Below, piece by piece: positions 50,718-61,880 of a DNA stretch of 64,000 nucleotides; within the stretch, counting starts at the first letter, position 1; the number at the start of each line of letters is the position of its first letter. This DNA comes from Terriglobia bacterium (GTDB lineage: Bacteria; Acidobacteriota; Terriglobia; 20CM-2-55-15). The notes beneath the pieces are model-generated. The model ran no database searches. It was not told the DNA's origin and worked only from the letters and a program-made list of their open reading frames with translations. Made by a program: the position numbers and the translations under genes. The DNA lies in contig CBDAOY010000007.1 of the NCBI GenBank assembly GCA_965198225.1, forward strand, positions 928,001 to 992,000. The letters run 5' to 3'.

Positions 50718-51430
50718 GGCTTTGCACCGGTACGAATGTACCGATCGTAAGCTTCTCGTACAGACGCATCTCTCGAACTGCCGGAATAGACGATCCGGCC
50801 CCTTTCGATGATGTGAACCTCGGTGGACGCGCGCAAGCCGCGGTCCAGGTCGTGCGTCGTCATCAGGACGGTCCGTCCTTTCGCCACGGCTTCGTCGAGC
50901 ATGGTGTTGAGGATCTCGACGGCGTGGGCGTCCAGCCCGGTGTATGGCTCGTCGAGCATCAAGAGAGAAGGGGTATGGAGCATGACGCGCGCCAAGCCGA
51001 CGCGTTGCTGCAGACCCCGGGAGAACGACCTGACGGGGTCGTTCTTGCGTCGGGCGAGTCCGACGCGTTCGAGCAGGTTGTCGAGATGGTCCTCCCCGCC
51101 GTCTACCCCATAGAGTCGCGAGAAGAAACGAAGGTTCTCCTTGGGGCTCAGATCCCGATAAACGTAGGTGTTGTGAGAGAGGAATCCCAGCCTCCGGCGG
51201 GCCTCCTCGGGATCTTCCAGGATGTCGAAGCCGTGGATTCGCAGGTTGCCTCCGCTCGGTCGAGCCAACGTCGCAGCGACCTTCAGAAAAGTCGTCTTGC
51301 CCGCACCGTTCCGCCCGAACAACGTCACGAAGGCTCCGGCCGGTACCCGAAGGGAGACTCCTCGCAGCGCCGGAAAATGGCCGTATTTCTTCGTAATCTG
51401 TTCAGCCTCGAGGGCGAATTCCGTGCTCAT
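50714..51430 (-). CDS. ccmA: Heme ABC exporter ATPase CcmA
   Basis: GRNGAGKTT, FSRG, LDEP, H-loop; synteny. Confidence 0.9.
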   Translation of the reverse strand: MSTEFALEAEQITKKYGHFPALRGVSLRVPAGAFVTLFGRNGAGKTTFLKVAATLARPSGGNLRIHGFDILEDPEEARRRLGFLSHNTYVYRDLSPKENLRFFSRLYGVDGGEDHLDNLLERVGLARRKNDPVRSFSRGLQQRVGLARVMLHTPSLLMLDEPYTGLDAHAVEILNTMLDEAVAKGRTVLMTTHDLDRGLRASTEVHIIERGRIVYSGSSRDASVREAYDRYIRTGAKP

Positions 51431-51569
51431 CTTACAAAACGTCGGAAGCCGTGAAGAAGTGACAAGTGACGAGTGACAAGTGACGGGTCGGAGGGTGTTT
51501 TCTTACTCGTCACTTGTCACTCGTCACTGCTCTCGGACCGCTATTGCGTGGGATTCGGCGAAGGAAAGA

Positions 51570-51962
51570 CTACGCGCGGCTCTTCGATGCCTTCTGGCCC
51601 TTCAGCTTCTCGATCACGCGCGCCAGTTGTCCACGCTTTTCCTTCATCCGCTTCTTGTACTGACCACCACTGATGGTACCCGATTCCCGTGCCATTTCGA
51701 GTTTCGTGATTTGGTCGAGGAGAGATTCTTTGAGCCGGAGGAGTGTTTCAAGCGCCTTCTTCCCGCCCGCACGTTCCTTCAACAGCTGGATCGAGTAGCT
51801 CGCGGCCCAGGCCAGAAAAGCGAAAGTGATCAGGATGATGAAGACGGTGTGGGTGGCCATCGGGTTGGGAACCGAGATTGGCCCCCTCTGGGCCCGGGCG
51901 GGCAGAGCGATGACGAAGATGGCAGCAGGTATCAGTAGCCCGCGGCCTACCAGGTACCGCAT
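51570..51962 (-). CDS. Hypothetical membrane protein in the ccm cluster
   Basis: Signal/TM segments plus L..I..LE...G.I...Y helical tail; coupled to the upstream gene. Confidence 0.65.
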   Translation of the reverse strand: MRYLVGRGLLIPAAIFVIALPARAQRGPISVPNPMATHTVFIILITFAFLAWAASYSIQLLKERAGGKKALETLLRLKESLLDQITKLEMARESGTISGGQYKKRMKEKRGQLARVIEKLKGQKASKSRA

Positions 51963-52384
51963 CAACTTTCCAGCTTGGATCCGCACTCGGCGCAAAACCT
52001 GTTGACGACGACGTTCGCGTGGCCGCAGGTGGGACAGACATTCTGGTCCGTGACGATCTCTTTGCGTGAAGCCACTTCGCGCCGAATCAGGGCGTCCAGG
52101 TCCTGCGAAGTCTCGATGTTGTCGATCTCGCCCATGACAGCCGCTGCTTCCCCGGCCATTTCGCGACGCAGAGTCTTGTAGTCCTCTTCGGAAAGCTTGC
52201 CGCAGCTGTACTCGAAGTCGAGATCCTGGATGTTGCCGAGGATGACCTCTTTCTTGCGCTGAACCAGATCCCACTCGGTTTCGTCCAGTATCACCGACTC
52301 GAGGGAGTCGGACCTGGCAAACAACGGCCAGCAAACCGCCGTCAGGACGCCGCCGGCCAACAGCCCCGAGAGTATGTAGATCAT
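51962..52384 (-). CDS. CcmI-N-like membrane protein with C-terminal Zn ribbon
   Basis: TM..WPL, DLDFEY..GKLSEEDY, CPTCG...FCAECG. Confidence 0.7.
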   Translation of the reverse strand: MIYILSGLLAGGVLTAVCWPLFARSDSLESVILDETEWDLVQRKKEVILGNIQDLDFEYSCGKLSEEDYKTLRREMAGEAAAVMGEIDNIETSQDLDALIRREVASRKEIVTDQNVCPTCGHANVVVNRFCAECGSKLES

Positions 52385-52409
52385 GTTCCCTGGTCGATGA
52401 AACGGAGGA

Positions 52410-52869
52410 TTAGTCTTCAGGAGCGTAGCTGGACAGCTCCTCTTCGAGTCGTTCCTGGAAACTGCGGTCATCGACGCCGGCGGCAACGGCCGGTCGTTGG
52501 AAGCGATCGCGGAACCGGCGAACGTAGTATGCGACAAAGAAGAGCCCACCGATCAGTACGACGAAAGGCATCAACCAGGCCGAGATGTTGAAGGCGCCGG
52601 TTGTCGGTGGCGCTGCCAGGACCGTGAGCCCGTATTTTTCGACGAATCGTGCCAGGATGCTTTCTTCGTCCAGGCCTTCGTCGACGAGCCCGGCCAGTTC
52701 AGCCCGCATCGGCACGGAGTTGGAGCAGGCGATCATGTTGCATGCCCTGAGGATCTGGTTGCAGCCACAGGTACAGATCATCTGGCTCCCGATCTCGTCG
52801 ACCTTCTCTTCGTTGGACACCTGCGGAGCGGACGAAACGCCTCCGACCGCAAACGCGATGAGCGCCATG

Positions 52870-52892
<23 letters not shown>
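52410..52892 (-). CDS. ccmH: Cytochrome c biogenesis protein CcmH
   Basis: ICTCGCNQIL..C, F..KYG..VLAAP, W..P. Confidence 0.85.
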
Positions 52893-54897
<2,005 letters not shown>

Positions 54898-54916
54898 TTA
54901 TTTCGTGTCCCGAGTT

Positions 54917-55336
54917 CTAGGTTGCGGGGAGGATCACTCCGGCCTCGGCCTCGCGTTCGTATTTCGACGCGCACTTGGCCTGGAGCTTGACGCCGGTGAA
55001 GACACCGCCGCCGGTGTAGGAGCCATCGACAACGGCTTCGGCGTAGTCGCGGAAGGTGTCGGGCAGGGGCGCCGTCCCCACGTAGCGCACCTTGAGGGTC
55101 TGGTCGCTCTCGGTGATGACGAAATCGACGGAATCATCTCCACGGACGATCGAGCCGGGAACCACTTCTCCCATCACTCTGAACCGCTTGCCTTCCAGGG
55201 AGTCTTCCATCGCGTAGAGTTCGGAAACGGTCTGGAAGTACGCCTTGTTGTCGTTGAACGCCGAGAACGCGATCCACGCAAGGGTCAGCACGATGACCAC
55301 CGGACCGATGACAAACTTAAGCTGCTTGCGCTTCAT
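54917..55336 (-). CDS. ccmE: Heme chaperone CcmE, Cys-type (CxxxY)
   Basis: G.V.PGSI, LPDTF, AKCASKY. Confidence 0.9.
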   Translation of the reverse strand: MKRKQLKFVIGPVVIVLTLAWIAFSAFNDNKAYFQTVSELYAMEDSLEGKRFRVMGEVVPGSIVRGDDSVDFVITESDQTLKVRYVGTAPLPDTFRDYAEAVVDGSYTGGGVFTGVKLQAKCASKYEREAEAGVILPAT

Positions 55337-55509
55337 AGAGTTAGCCTCTCCTGATTCGATACTGGCATTATATCAACTTAGTTATTAGAATGCTGGCGAA
55401 TATATTTTATCCGAAAGGTCTGTATACAATCGAGGTATTTGGACACGAGGACGGCTTCGGACTGATCACAAAGAGCTTCTAATCAAATCAAAACGTGCCG
55501 GGAGGAGAC

Positions 55510-56652
55510 ATGGAGCAGAAGCAAGGCGTTTCGCGCCGCAGATTCATGGGTGGTGTGGCCACCGCACTGACCTACGCGGGAATGAAGCCCGCAATCGAAC
55601 TGGTGGCGGCGCCGGCACAAGCGCCGATGAGGCCATCCGGTTACGTCAAGATCAGCAACAACGAGAACCCATACGGCCCTTCGGATGGCGTCCGTCGCGC
55701 CATGACGAGGGCCTTTGAAGAGTCCCACATGTATGTGGGTTCGAGCAGGATTACTGAGGCGATTGCCGATCATCATGGCCTCGAAACCGACCACATCCTG
55801 CTCGGGGCGGGCTCGAGCGAAACGCTGAAGACGATCGACGATGCGTTCCTCCAGGGCGGTGGAAACATCGTCGGCGTGGAGCCGACTTATGAGACGACCT
55901 ACCGCTATCTCACCAACACTCATGCGGAAGGCAAGATTCTTCCGCTGACGTCGGACTACCGTCATGACCTGCCGGCCATGGCGAAAGAGATCGACTTCAA
56001 CACGCGGTTCGTCTACATCTGCAACCCGAACAACCCGACGGGGACGATCGTCACGGACGCCGAGATTCGGGAGTTTCTCGACAGCATTCCCGACAACATG
56101 ATCGTCGTGATCGACGAGGCCTACCATCACTTCGTCGAGGACCCGGGTTACGCGAGCGCCATCAAGTACGTCAAGGAAGGCCGGAACGTAGTCATCACAC
56201 GTACCTTCTCGAAGGTCTACGGCATTGCCGGGTTGCGCCTGGGTTATGGCATCGCGAAGCCGGAATTGATCCAACGTATGCGACCCTTCAACCTGGGAAG
56301 CATCAACGTCATCGCGAAGTCCGCCGGAATTCAGGCACTGAAGGAACCGGAGGTCGAGACCAGGGTCATTCAGCTGAACAACAGCATCAAGAAACGCGTG
56401 ATGGGCCAGCTGAGCGACCTGGGCTACGAAGTGATCCCGTCGGAGACCAACTTCTTCATGGTCGGTGTCGGACGCGACATCGATCCGGTACGGCGGGCCT
56501 TCCGGGAGCGCAACGTCGAAATCGGCCGGCGGTTCCCGCCGATGACCCAGCATCTCCGGATCTCGGTCGGCACCGAGGCCGAGATGGACCGCTTCATCGA
56601 CGTCTGGAACGAAGTCATGGGGCCCGCCAACTCTCAGGCGGCACGAGGCTAG
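55510..56652 (+). CDS. HisC-like PLP aminotransferase with Tat signal peptide
   Basis: SRRRFMG, NENPYGP, CNPNNPTG, DEAY, RTFSKVYGIAGLRLG. Confidence 0.85.
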   Translation: MEQKQGVSRRRFMGGVATALTYAGMKPAIELVAAPAQAPMRPSGYVKISNNENPYGPSDGVRRAMTRAFEESHMYVGSSRITEAIADHHGLETDHILLGAGSSETLKTIDDAFLQGGGNIVGVEPTYETTYRYLTNTHAEGKILPLTSDYRHDLPAMAKEIDFNTRFVYICNPNNPTGTIVTDAEIREFLDSIPDNMIVVIDEAYHHFVEDPGYASAIKYVKEGRNVVITRTFSKVYGIAGLRLGYGIAKPELIQRMRPFNLGSINVIAKSAGIQALKEPEVETRVIQLNNSIKKRVMGQLSDLGYEVIPSETNFFMVGVGRDIDPVRRAFRERNVEIGRRFPPMTQHLRISVGTEAEMDRFIDVWNEVMGPANSQAARG

Positions 56653-56661
56653 AGACGAAGA

Positions 56662-56733
56662 AGTGACGAGTGAATAGTGACGAGTGACGAGTAAGAGCTC
56701 TGACTTGTCACTTGTCACTCGTCACTTGTCACA
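56662..56733. repeat. Inverted heptamer tandem repeats (GTGACGA / TCGTCAC)
   Basis: Same motif family as 51459-51528. Confidence 0.7.
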
Positions 56734-56787
56734 CCTGTACCCCCCCCCTTCCTGAATCCCGCCACACTGCAGTACACTTTCCCTCCT

Positions 56788-57873
56788 ATGCGCAGATACG
56801 CGATGTTCGATCCGCCCGAGTACGCGGAGTGGAGACCCGATCGGAGAGTCACCGAAGAATACCGTCGGACCATCGAGACGGATCCCGGGCGATACGAAAT
56901 CATCAAGAGCCTGTCTGAAGACACGCTCATGGGGCTCTACGCCGGGATGTTGCGGTTTCGCCTTCATGACATCACGCTGAAGCGCTGGGTCAAACAGGGC
57001 GTGCTTTCCAAGGCATGGCTCGGAACAGGAGAGGAAGCGGTCACGGTTGGTAACGTGCATGCGCTGGACCGCACCTGCGATTTGGTGGCCCCGATGATCC
57101 GGAACGCCGGGGCCTGCCACGAGATGGGCATGCCGGTCGCTGACATGCTGCGCGAGTATCTGGCCACGGAAGACTCCCCGAGCAAGGGGAAGGACCTCCA
57201 TCTCGGAGATCTGAAGTACGGTGTGATCGCGCCCCCCAGCCAGGTGGGATCTCTGGGAGCCGTCGTCCCCGGCGTTGGGCTGGCCTTCAAGAGACGTGGC
57301 GAGGCTCGCGTCGTGCTCACCTGGATCGGCGACGGTGCGACCAAGACGACAGCGAGCCACGAGGGTGTGAACATGGCCGCCGTGTTGCGGGTACCGGTCC
57401 TCTACGTCTTCCAGAACAACCAGGTCGCTCTCGGCACCAGCTTCCGCGACCACCAGGTTGGCCCGTTCACAGCGTGGAGCAAGGCGTATGGGATCCGTGG
57501 TTTCTCCTGTGACGGCAACAACGTCCTGGACACTTTCGCGGCGACCCGGCAGGCAGCCGACCACGCCCGCGGCGGCTCCGGTCCGGCCATTATCTATGCC
57601 GATACTTTTCGGATGGGCGGGCACGCAACCCACGACGAAAAAGAAGCTCGATCAATGTTTGACTCGGACATATTTAATGAATGGGGTCAGAGAGATCCAA
57701 TAGGTAATTTCGAGGAATACTTGAAATCTATCGACATTTCCGACTCGGCCCTGGAGGAGACCGAGCAAGGAATCATCGACGAGCTGGCCGAGGCCGAGAA
57801 GCGGGCCCTGGAGAGCCGCGAGAATTGCATGCCCGCCCCGGAAAGCGCCTTGGAGGGGGTTTACGCGGAATAA
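56788..57873 (+). CDS. TPP-dependent 2-oxoacid dehydrogenase E1 alpha subunit
   Basis: GEEA, GDGAT...HEG.N, QNNQ, RMGGHATHD, RDPI. Confidence 0.9.
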   Translation: MRRYAMFDPPEYAEWRPDRRVTEEYRRTIETDPGRYEIIKSLSEDTLMGLYAGMLRFRLHDITLKRWVKQGVLSKAWLGTGEEAVTVGNVHALDRTCDLVAPMIRNAGACHEMGMPVADMLREYLATEDSPSKGKDLHLGDLKYGVIAPPSQVGSLGAVVPGVGLAFKRRGEARVVLTWIGDGATKTTASHEGVNMAAVLRVPVLYVFQNNQVALGTSFRDHQVGPFTAWSKAYGIRGFSCDGNNVLDTFAATRQAADHARGGSGPAIIYADTFRMGGHATHDEKEARSMFDSDIFNEWGQRDPIGNFEEYLKSIDISDSALEETEQGIIDELAEAEKRALESRENCMPAPESALEGVYAE

Positions 57874-58028
57874 TTGACGGCTGATAGCCCGCTACCGCCC
57901 CTTGAAACTGGCTCTCTTTTGAACCTTTCCGCTTAGCCAACACGCGGGGACAGGGCCATGCCCCTCCACCTCACAGTGGCTCCCTCGCGAACCTTTCGCT
58001 CCACGTACGGGCGTGGTAGAGTCCGGCC

Positions 58029-58979
58029 ATGCTGATCAAACCTCTTCTCTCTCTCGTGTGGATTGCGGCCGCTTTCCAGAACCCGGACCCTGCTCTGGAG
58101 GCACAGGCTGCAGAGTTACGCTCCATCATCAGTCAGGCGTCGAAACTGGCGCTCGAGGCGGGCGAAATTACGGCGGTTCCTCCCCGCCAGGGCTGGGAGA
58201 TGGGCATGGTGTCGTGGGTTGCGGCGGGCGACGACGATGTGACGTACCTCCTCCAGCGCGGCGAAAACGCAGATCCGGTCGTCGTTCTGGATCGGGACGG
58301 GAACGTCGTCCGATCCTGGGGCAAGGGCCTCTACTCTACACCGCACTCGATCCGAGTCGATCCGGAGGGCAACGTCTGGACAACCGATGCCAAGAGTTCC
58401 AAGGTCATCAAGTACAGTTCTCTGGGCGAGAAACTGATGGAGATCTCGGTCGGAGGCCAGCCTCCGGATTGCCGGGGAAACTTCTGTGGCACAAGTGACG
58501 TCGCCTTCGGGCCGGACGGACGCATCTTCATCGCCGACGGTTACCGCAACGCGAGGATACTGGAATACACGGCTGAGGGAAGAAAAGTTCGCGAATGGGG
58601 GAGTGCCGGAGATGGTCCCGGAGAGTTCCGTTTACCGCATTCGATTGCCGTCGACGATGAGGGCGTCATCTACGTTGCCGACCGCGAAAACGGCCGCATC
58701 CAGCGCTTCGACCTCGACGGGGATTTTCTTGGGATGTGGACCCAATACGGCAAGACCTTCGGACTGCACCTGGAGCCGGGAGTCGTCTGGCTGGCGACGC
58801 AGCACCGCAACGAACGGAACGCTTCGCCGGGCTGGCTGTTGAAGATCGATCGTCGGAGTGGGGACCTGCTCGGGTACGTGAGCGTAACCGGTGTGCACGG
58901 CATGACCGTCCTCGACAACGGCGAGTTGATGGTCGGACCAGGTCCGGAGAATCGCCCGCAGTGGTTCAGGAAGAACTAA
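58029..58979 (+). CDS. NHL-repeat protein, peptidyl-alpha-hydroxyglycine amidating lyase-like
   Basis: PHS..VD..GNVW.TD, ADGYRNARI, F.LPH.I, YVADREN.RIQ. Confidence 0.85.
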   Translation: MLIKPLLSLVWIAAAFQNPDPALEAQAAELRSIISQASKLALEAGEITAVPPRQGWEMGMVSWVAAGDDDVTYLLQRGENADPVVVLDRDGNVVRSWGKGLYSTPHSIRVDPEGNVWTTDAKSSKVIKYSSLGEKLMEISVGGQPPDCRGNFCGTSDVAFGPDGRIFIADGYRNARILEYTAEGRKVREWGSAGDGPGEFRLPHSIAVDDEGVIYVADRENGRIQRFDLDGDFLGMWTQYGKTFGLHLEPGVVWLATQHRNERNASPGWLLKIDRRSGDLLGYVSVTGVHGMTVLDNGELMVGPGPENRPQWFRKN

Positions 58980-58983
58980 TAAC

Positions 58984-59052
58984 TGTAGGTGCGGTCTATG
59001 ACCGCACATTGTTGCTGATGATGAAAACGTGCGGTCATAGACCGCACCTACA
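58984..59052. repeat. REP doublet (REPIN) overlapping the VKOR stop codon
   Basis: GTAGGTGCGGTCTATGACCGCAC inverted pair. Confidence 0.85.
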
Positions 59053-59449
59053 CCGGCTTGTTCCTCGCCGTCAGGACCACAAAGAAAATTGCTGTCGACA
59101 GGGCAGCAGACCCGAGACAGTACTCGCAGTAGGCTTCCAGGACGAACATCTGGATCCCCGTTAGAGCGACCGAAGCGATGAGTGCGATGGTCGCCGGCCA
59201 GATGAGGAGGTGAATGGTGCGGGTATTTCCCGACGCCTCGAACACCGCTGCTCCGAAAACGACCACGTAGAACGCCAGGCCGAGCCACGAAAGCGGTATC
59301 CCTGCCACTTCGGAGTACGCGCTGGTCAGGACGTCCTCGCATCCGAGAGTGATGTGGCAGGGGGGCGGTCCCGATGGCCGCGACAGCGACAGATAAAGCG
59401 TGTCTATCATTCCCAGAAAAGAGAGGAGAGCGACACCGAGGGCTTTCAT
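59048..59449 (-). CDS. Vitamin K epoxide reductase family protein
   Basis: C....GC..VL.S.YS..GIP, CEYC; 4 TM; adjacent to DsbA. Confidence 0.9.
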   Translation of the reverse strand: MKALGVALLSFLGMIDTLYLSLSRPSGPPPCHITLGCEDVLTSAYSEVAGIPLSWLGLAFYVVVFGAAVFEASGNTRTIHLLIWPATIALIASVALTGIQMFVLEAYCEYCLGSAALSTAIFFVVLTARNKPV

Positions 59450-60135
59450 CAGCGATTTTCTATCGCTCGGTAGAGCAGCCGCTCGAACCCCTCGACCCCG
59501 GGCGGAAGGTCGATCGGGAACCCATCGACGAAGAAAGAGGGTACCGAGGCGATCGCGAGTTCCCGGGCTCGAGCCACATCTTCGAGTACCCGCGATTCCA
59601 CCGACGTGTCGCGCATCGATCGCATAAAGCGGTCCTGGTTCAGATCCAGGCCGGCGGCGTAGCTCACGAAGAGGGCTTCGGGATTGGGGGACCGGGCCCA
59701 GGTGTCCTGGTTTTCGAACAACAGGTCGTGCATCTCCCAGAAACGGCCCTGTTCACGCGCGGCTTCGGCCGCGACGGCCGCTGCCATCGCGTTGGGGTGG
59801 ATGCCCACGAGGGGGAAGTGGTGGAATTCCAGCTGGACCTCGGACGGGTACCGCTCGAACAGTTCCATGACGATCTCGTGGTAGGCCCTGCAGGCCGGAC
59901 ACTGATAGTCGCCGAACTCGACCAGCTTCAAGGCGGCGTCCTCGGCCCCGCGAATTCCGCCCGTCGCGGGAATGGCGACTGGAGCGTCCGCCCCAACCGC
60001 AGAGGCCTGTTCTTCGCCGGCCCCGCGAGACAGAAAAACGGCAATCGCCAGGGCCGCGCCGATGCCCAGGACCAGGATTGCGAACGGTTTCGTGGACGGT
60101 TTCTTGGTGGTCTTGGTCCGTGATTTCTTCGCCAT
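59449..60135 (-). CDS. DsbA family thiol-disulfide oxidoreductase
   Basis: EFGDYQCPAC, HFPL..H..A, FWEMHD, SVP. Confidence 0.9.
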   Translation of the reverse strand: MAKKSRTKTTKKPSTKPFAILVLGIGAALAIAVFLSRGAGEEQASAVGADAPVAIPATGGIRGAEDAALKLVEFGDYQCPACRAYHEIVMELFERYPSEVQLEFHHFPLVGIHPNAMAAAVAAEAAREQGRFWEMHDLLFENQDTWARSPNPEALFVSYAAGLDLNQDRFMRSMRDTSVESRVLEDVARARELAIASVPSFFVDGFPIDLPPGVEGFERLLYRAIENR

Positions 60136-60476
60136 GGCCCTAATACTACCCAAAGATACTTGAAATTTGCAGAAGCAATCAGCCTTCAGCGTTCACCTTC
60201 TTAAGAAGACCCTCGGCGTTCGATTCCTGTCTGAAAGCTGACCGCTGATCGCTGGCCGCACGCTTGATGCCCGCAATCTCAGAGCAAACCCTCAGACCTG
60301 GGGATCAAGCGTTTGGCACCCTTCGATTCGCTGCGTTACCGTTTCTGAAGCCCGAACCTGCCAGGCCCCGGAGGCGGCTGTCCAGTGCCACTGGTGCCCG
60401 AGCGGGCCGGATTCGTTCCCGGACTGGTGTCTGAGCAACTTCCAGGTCAAAAAATACATCAAAGTGTAAAAAACCC

Positions 60477-60505
60477 TTGCAATAAGGGTGTCACAGGTTA
60501 AGAAT
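60477..60505 (+). promoter_or_regulatory. Putative sigma70 promoter
   Basis: TTGCAA-17-AAGAAT with an A-rich UP-like tract upstream. Confidence 0.45.
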
Positions 60506-60510
60506 GCCTA

Positions 60511-60710
60511 TGGTCTCGAATCGAGACTGAATTTCTTCTAGTGAGTAAAAGGCTACTCCAGCCAGGGACGGTAGTCGGCTGCATCGGGTGCCAGGAGGCT
60601 GAGGCGGGACGGATCCCGGGCGAAACGGATTTCGCGATCAGAGCCACGACGTAGACGGTGAAGGCTAGAGGAAAAGCCTCACGGCGTAGGAAGCGCCGTG
60701 AGGCTTTTTT
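60511..60710 (+). ncRNA. Candidate structured sRNA or cis-regulatory leader
   Basis: Promoter, 5' hairpin, 10-bp closing stem TTTCTTCTAG/CTAGAGGAAA, intrinsic terminator; no convincing ORF. Confidence 0.5.
60672..60710 (+). terminator. Intrinsic terminator
   Basis: AAAAGCCTCACGGCG-loop-CGCCGTGAGGCTTTTTT. Confidence 0.85.
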
Positions 60711-60950
60711 AATGCAGTATTCGGTAGTCAGTAGTCAGCTACGTTCCGGCATCGCGAGGATGCCCCAACTGCTGGGTTCGGTATCCGTACAGTCACTCAA
60801 CTTGCAGCCGAAGCCTGACCACAAACAACTTTCGTCAATGCGATATAGTAGTCAGCAGTCGGTTTGTGCGCGACCGGCTACTGATTGCCTGCCAAGAAAC
60901 AGTAGCTTGCCCGCAATTCCAGCACGCAACTGACTACCGAATACTTCCCC

Positions 60951-61349
60951 ATGGCATACACTGATGAACACGCAAAATCGGGGATCGATACAGACCTTCC
61001 GGAGATCGAGTGCTGGCCGAATCAGTTTCCGGGCTACGACATCAGTATCTCCATTCCCGAGTTCACCTCGATCTGCCCTAAGACCGGGCTCCCGGATTTC
61101 GGGCTGATCACAATCGAATACGAGCCGGACGCGCGATGTCTCGAGCTGAAGTCATTGAAGACCTACGTGCTGGCCTACCGGGACCTCGGTATCTTCTACG
61201 AGAACGCGGTGAATCGAATGCTGAGGGACATCGTCAGGGCCTGCTCGCCGGTTCGAGCGAAGGTGAGGGGGGATTTCAACGCCCGGGGCGGGATGCGGGC
61301 CGTCGTGGAGGTCCGGTACGATCGTGCCGGCGGTGGTTCGGACAATTGA
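60951..61349 (+). CDS. queF: preQ1 synthase (7-cyano-7-deazaguanine reductase, unimodular)
   Basis: PEFTSICPKTGLPDFG, ELKSLK.Y, RGG. Confidence 0.93.
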   Translation: MAYTDEHAKSGIDTDLPEIECWPNQFPGYDISISIPEFTSICPKTGLPDFGLITIEYEPDARCLELKSLKTYVLAYRDLGIFYENAVNRMLRDIVRACSPVRAKVRGDFNARGGMRAVVEVRYDRAGGGSDN

Positions 61350-61355
61350 CTCCAC

Positions 61356-61874
61356 TCAGGAAGGCCGCCGGCCGCGTTGACTTTTCTTTTTCCTGTCGTC
61401 GCGGTAGATGATCCACTCTTCCTCCAGATCTGCGACCTCTCGTTCACCCAGCAGGTAGTCCCAGAAGAAACTCATGAAGTCAGCCCGGGACCCGCCGTCG
61501 GCGAGAATCTCTTTGAGTTCGTCGTCGGTCCGACCGAACACCTGTGCCGCCGCGTCCATCTTGAGGTACAAGTTCTCGATGTCGAGTTCGGCGCGGACCA
61601 TCTCATCGCCCAGGCCCTGGTAAAGGCGTCCCTCGAGCCGCCTCATGAACCGGCGGAGCACAGTGGCGTTCGCCACCGAGTCGAACTGCGCGCGCTTCAT
61701 CCACTCGATGTTGAGAGGATCGCGGTTTCTGTGATTGATGGCGGGCCACAGGCGGTCCCAGTCAAGGTCGAGCAGACCGACAGGATTGCCGTCGACTTCG
61801 ACGACCACCTGGACTTTAGAAGGCCGTGATTTCTTCGATGGCGTTCGCTTCGATGTCCTCTGCTTTTGAGCCAT
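61356..61874 (-). CDS. Hypothetical protein
   Basis: 6 bp downstream of transketolase on the same strand. Confidence 0.7.
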   Translation of the reverse strand: MAQKQRTSKRTPSKKSRPSKVQVVVEVDGNPVGLLDLDWDRLWPAINHRNRDPLNIEWMKRAQFDSVANATVLRRFMRRLEGRLYQGLGDEMVRAELDIENLYLKMDAAAQVFGRTDDELKEILADGGSRADFMSFFWDYLLGEREVADLEEEWIIYRDDRKKKSQRGRRPS

Positions 61875-61880
61875 CTTGCC

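Noticed and set aside
60530-60560. Canonical preQ1-I riboswitch (UUCUAG present)
   Set aside because: Lacks the short P1 stem with adjacent A-rich tail and is far from the queF start; retained only as an unclassified RNA candidate.
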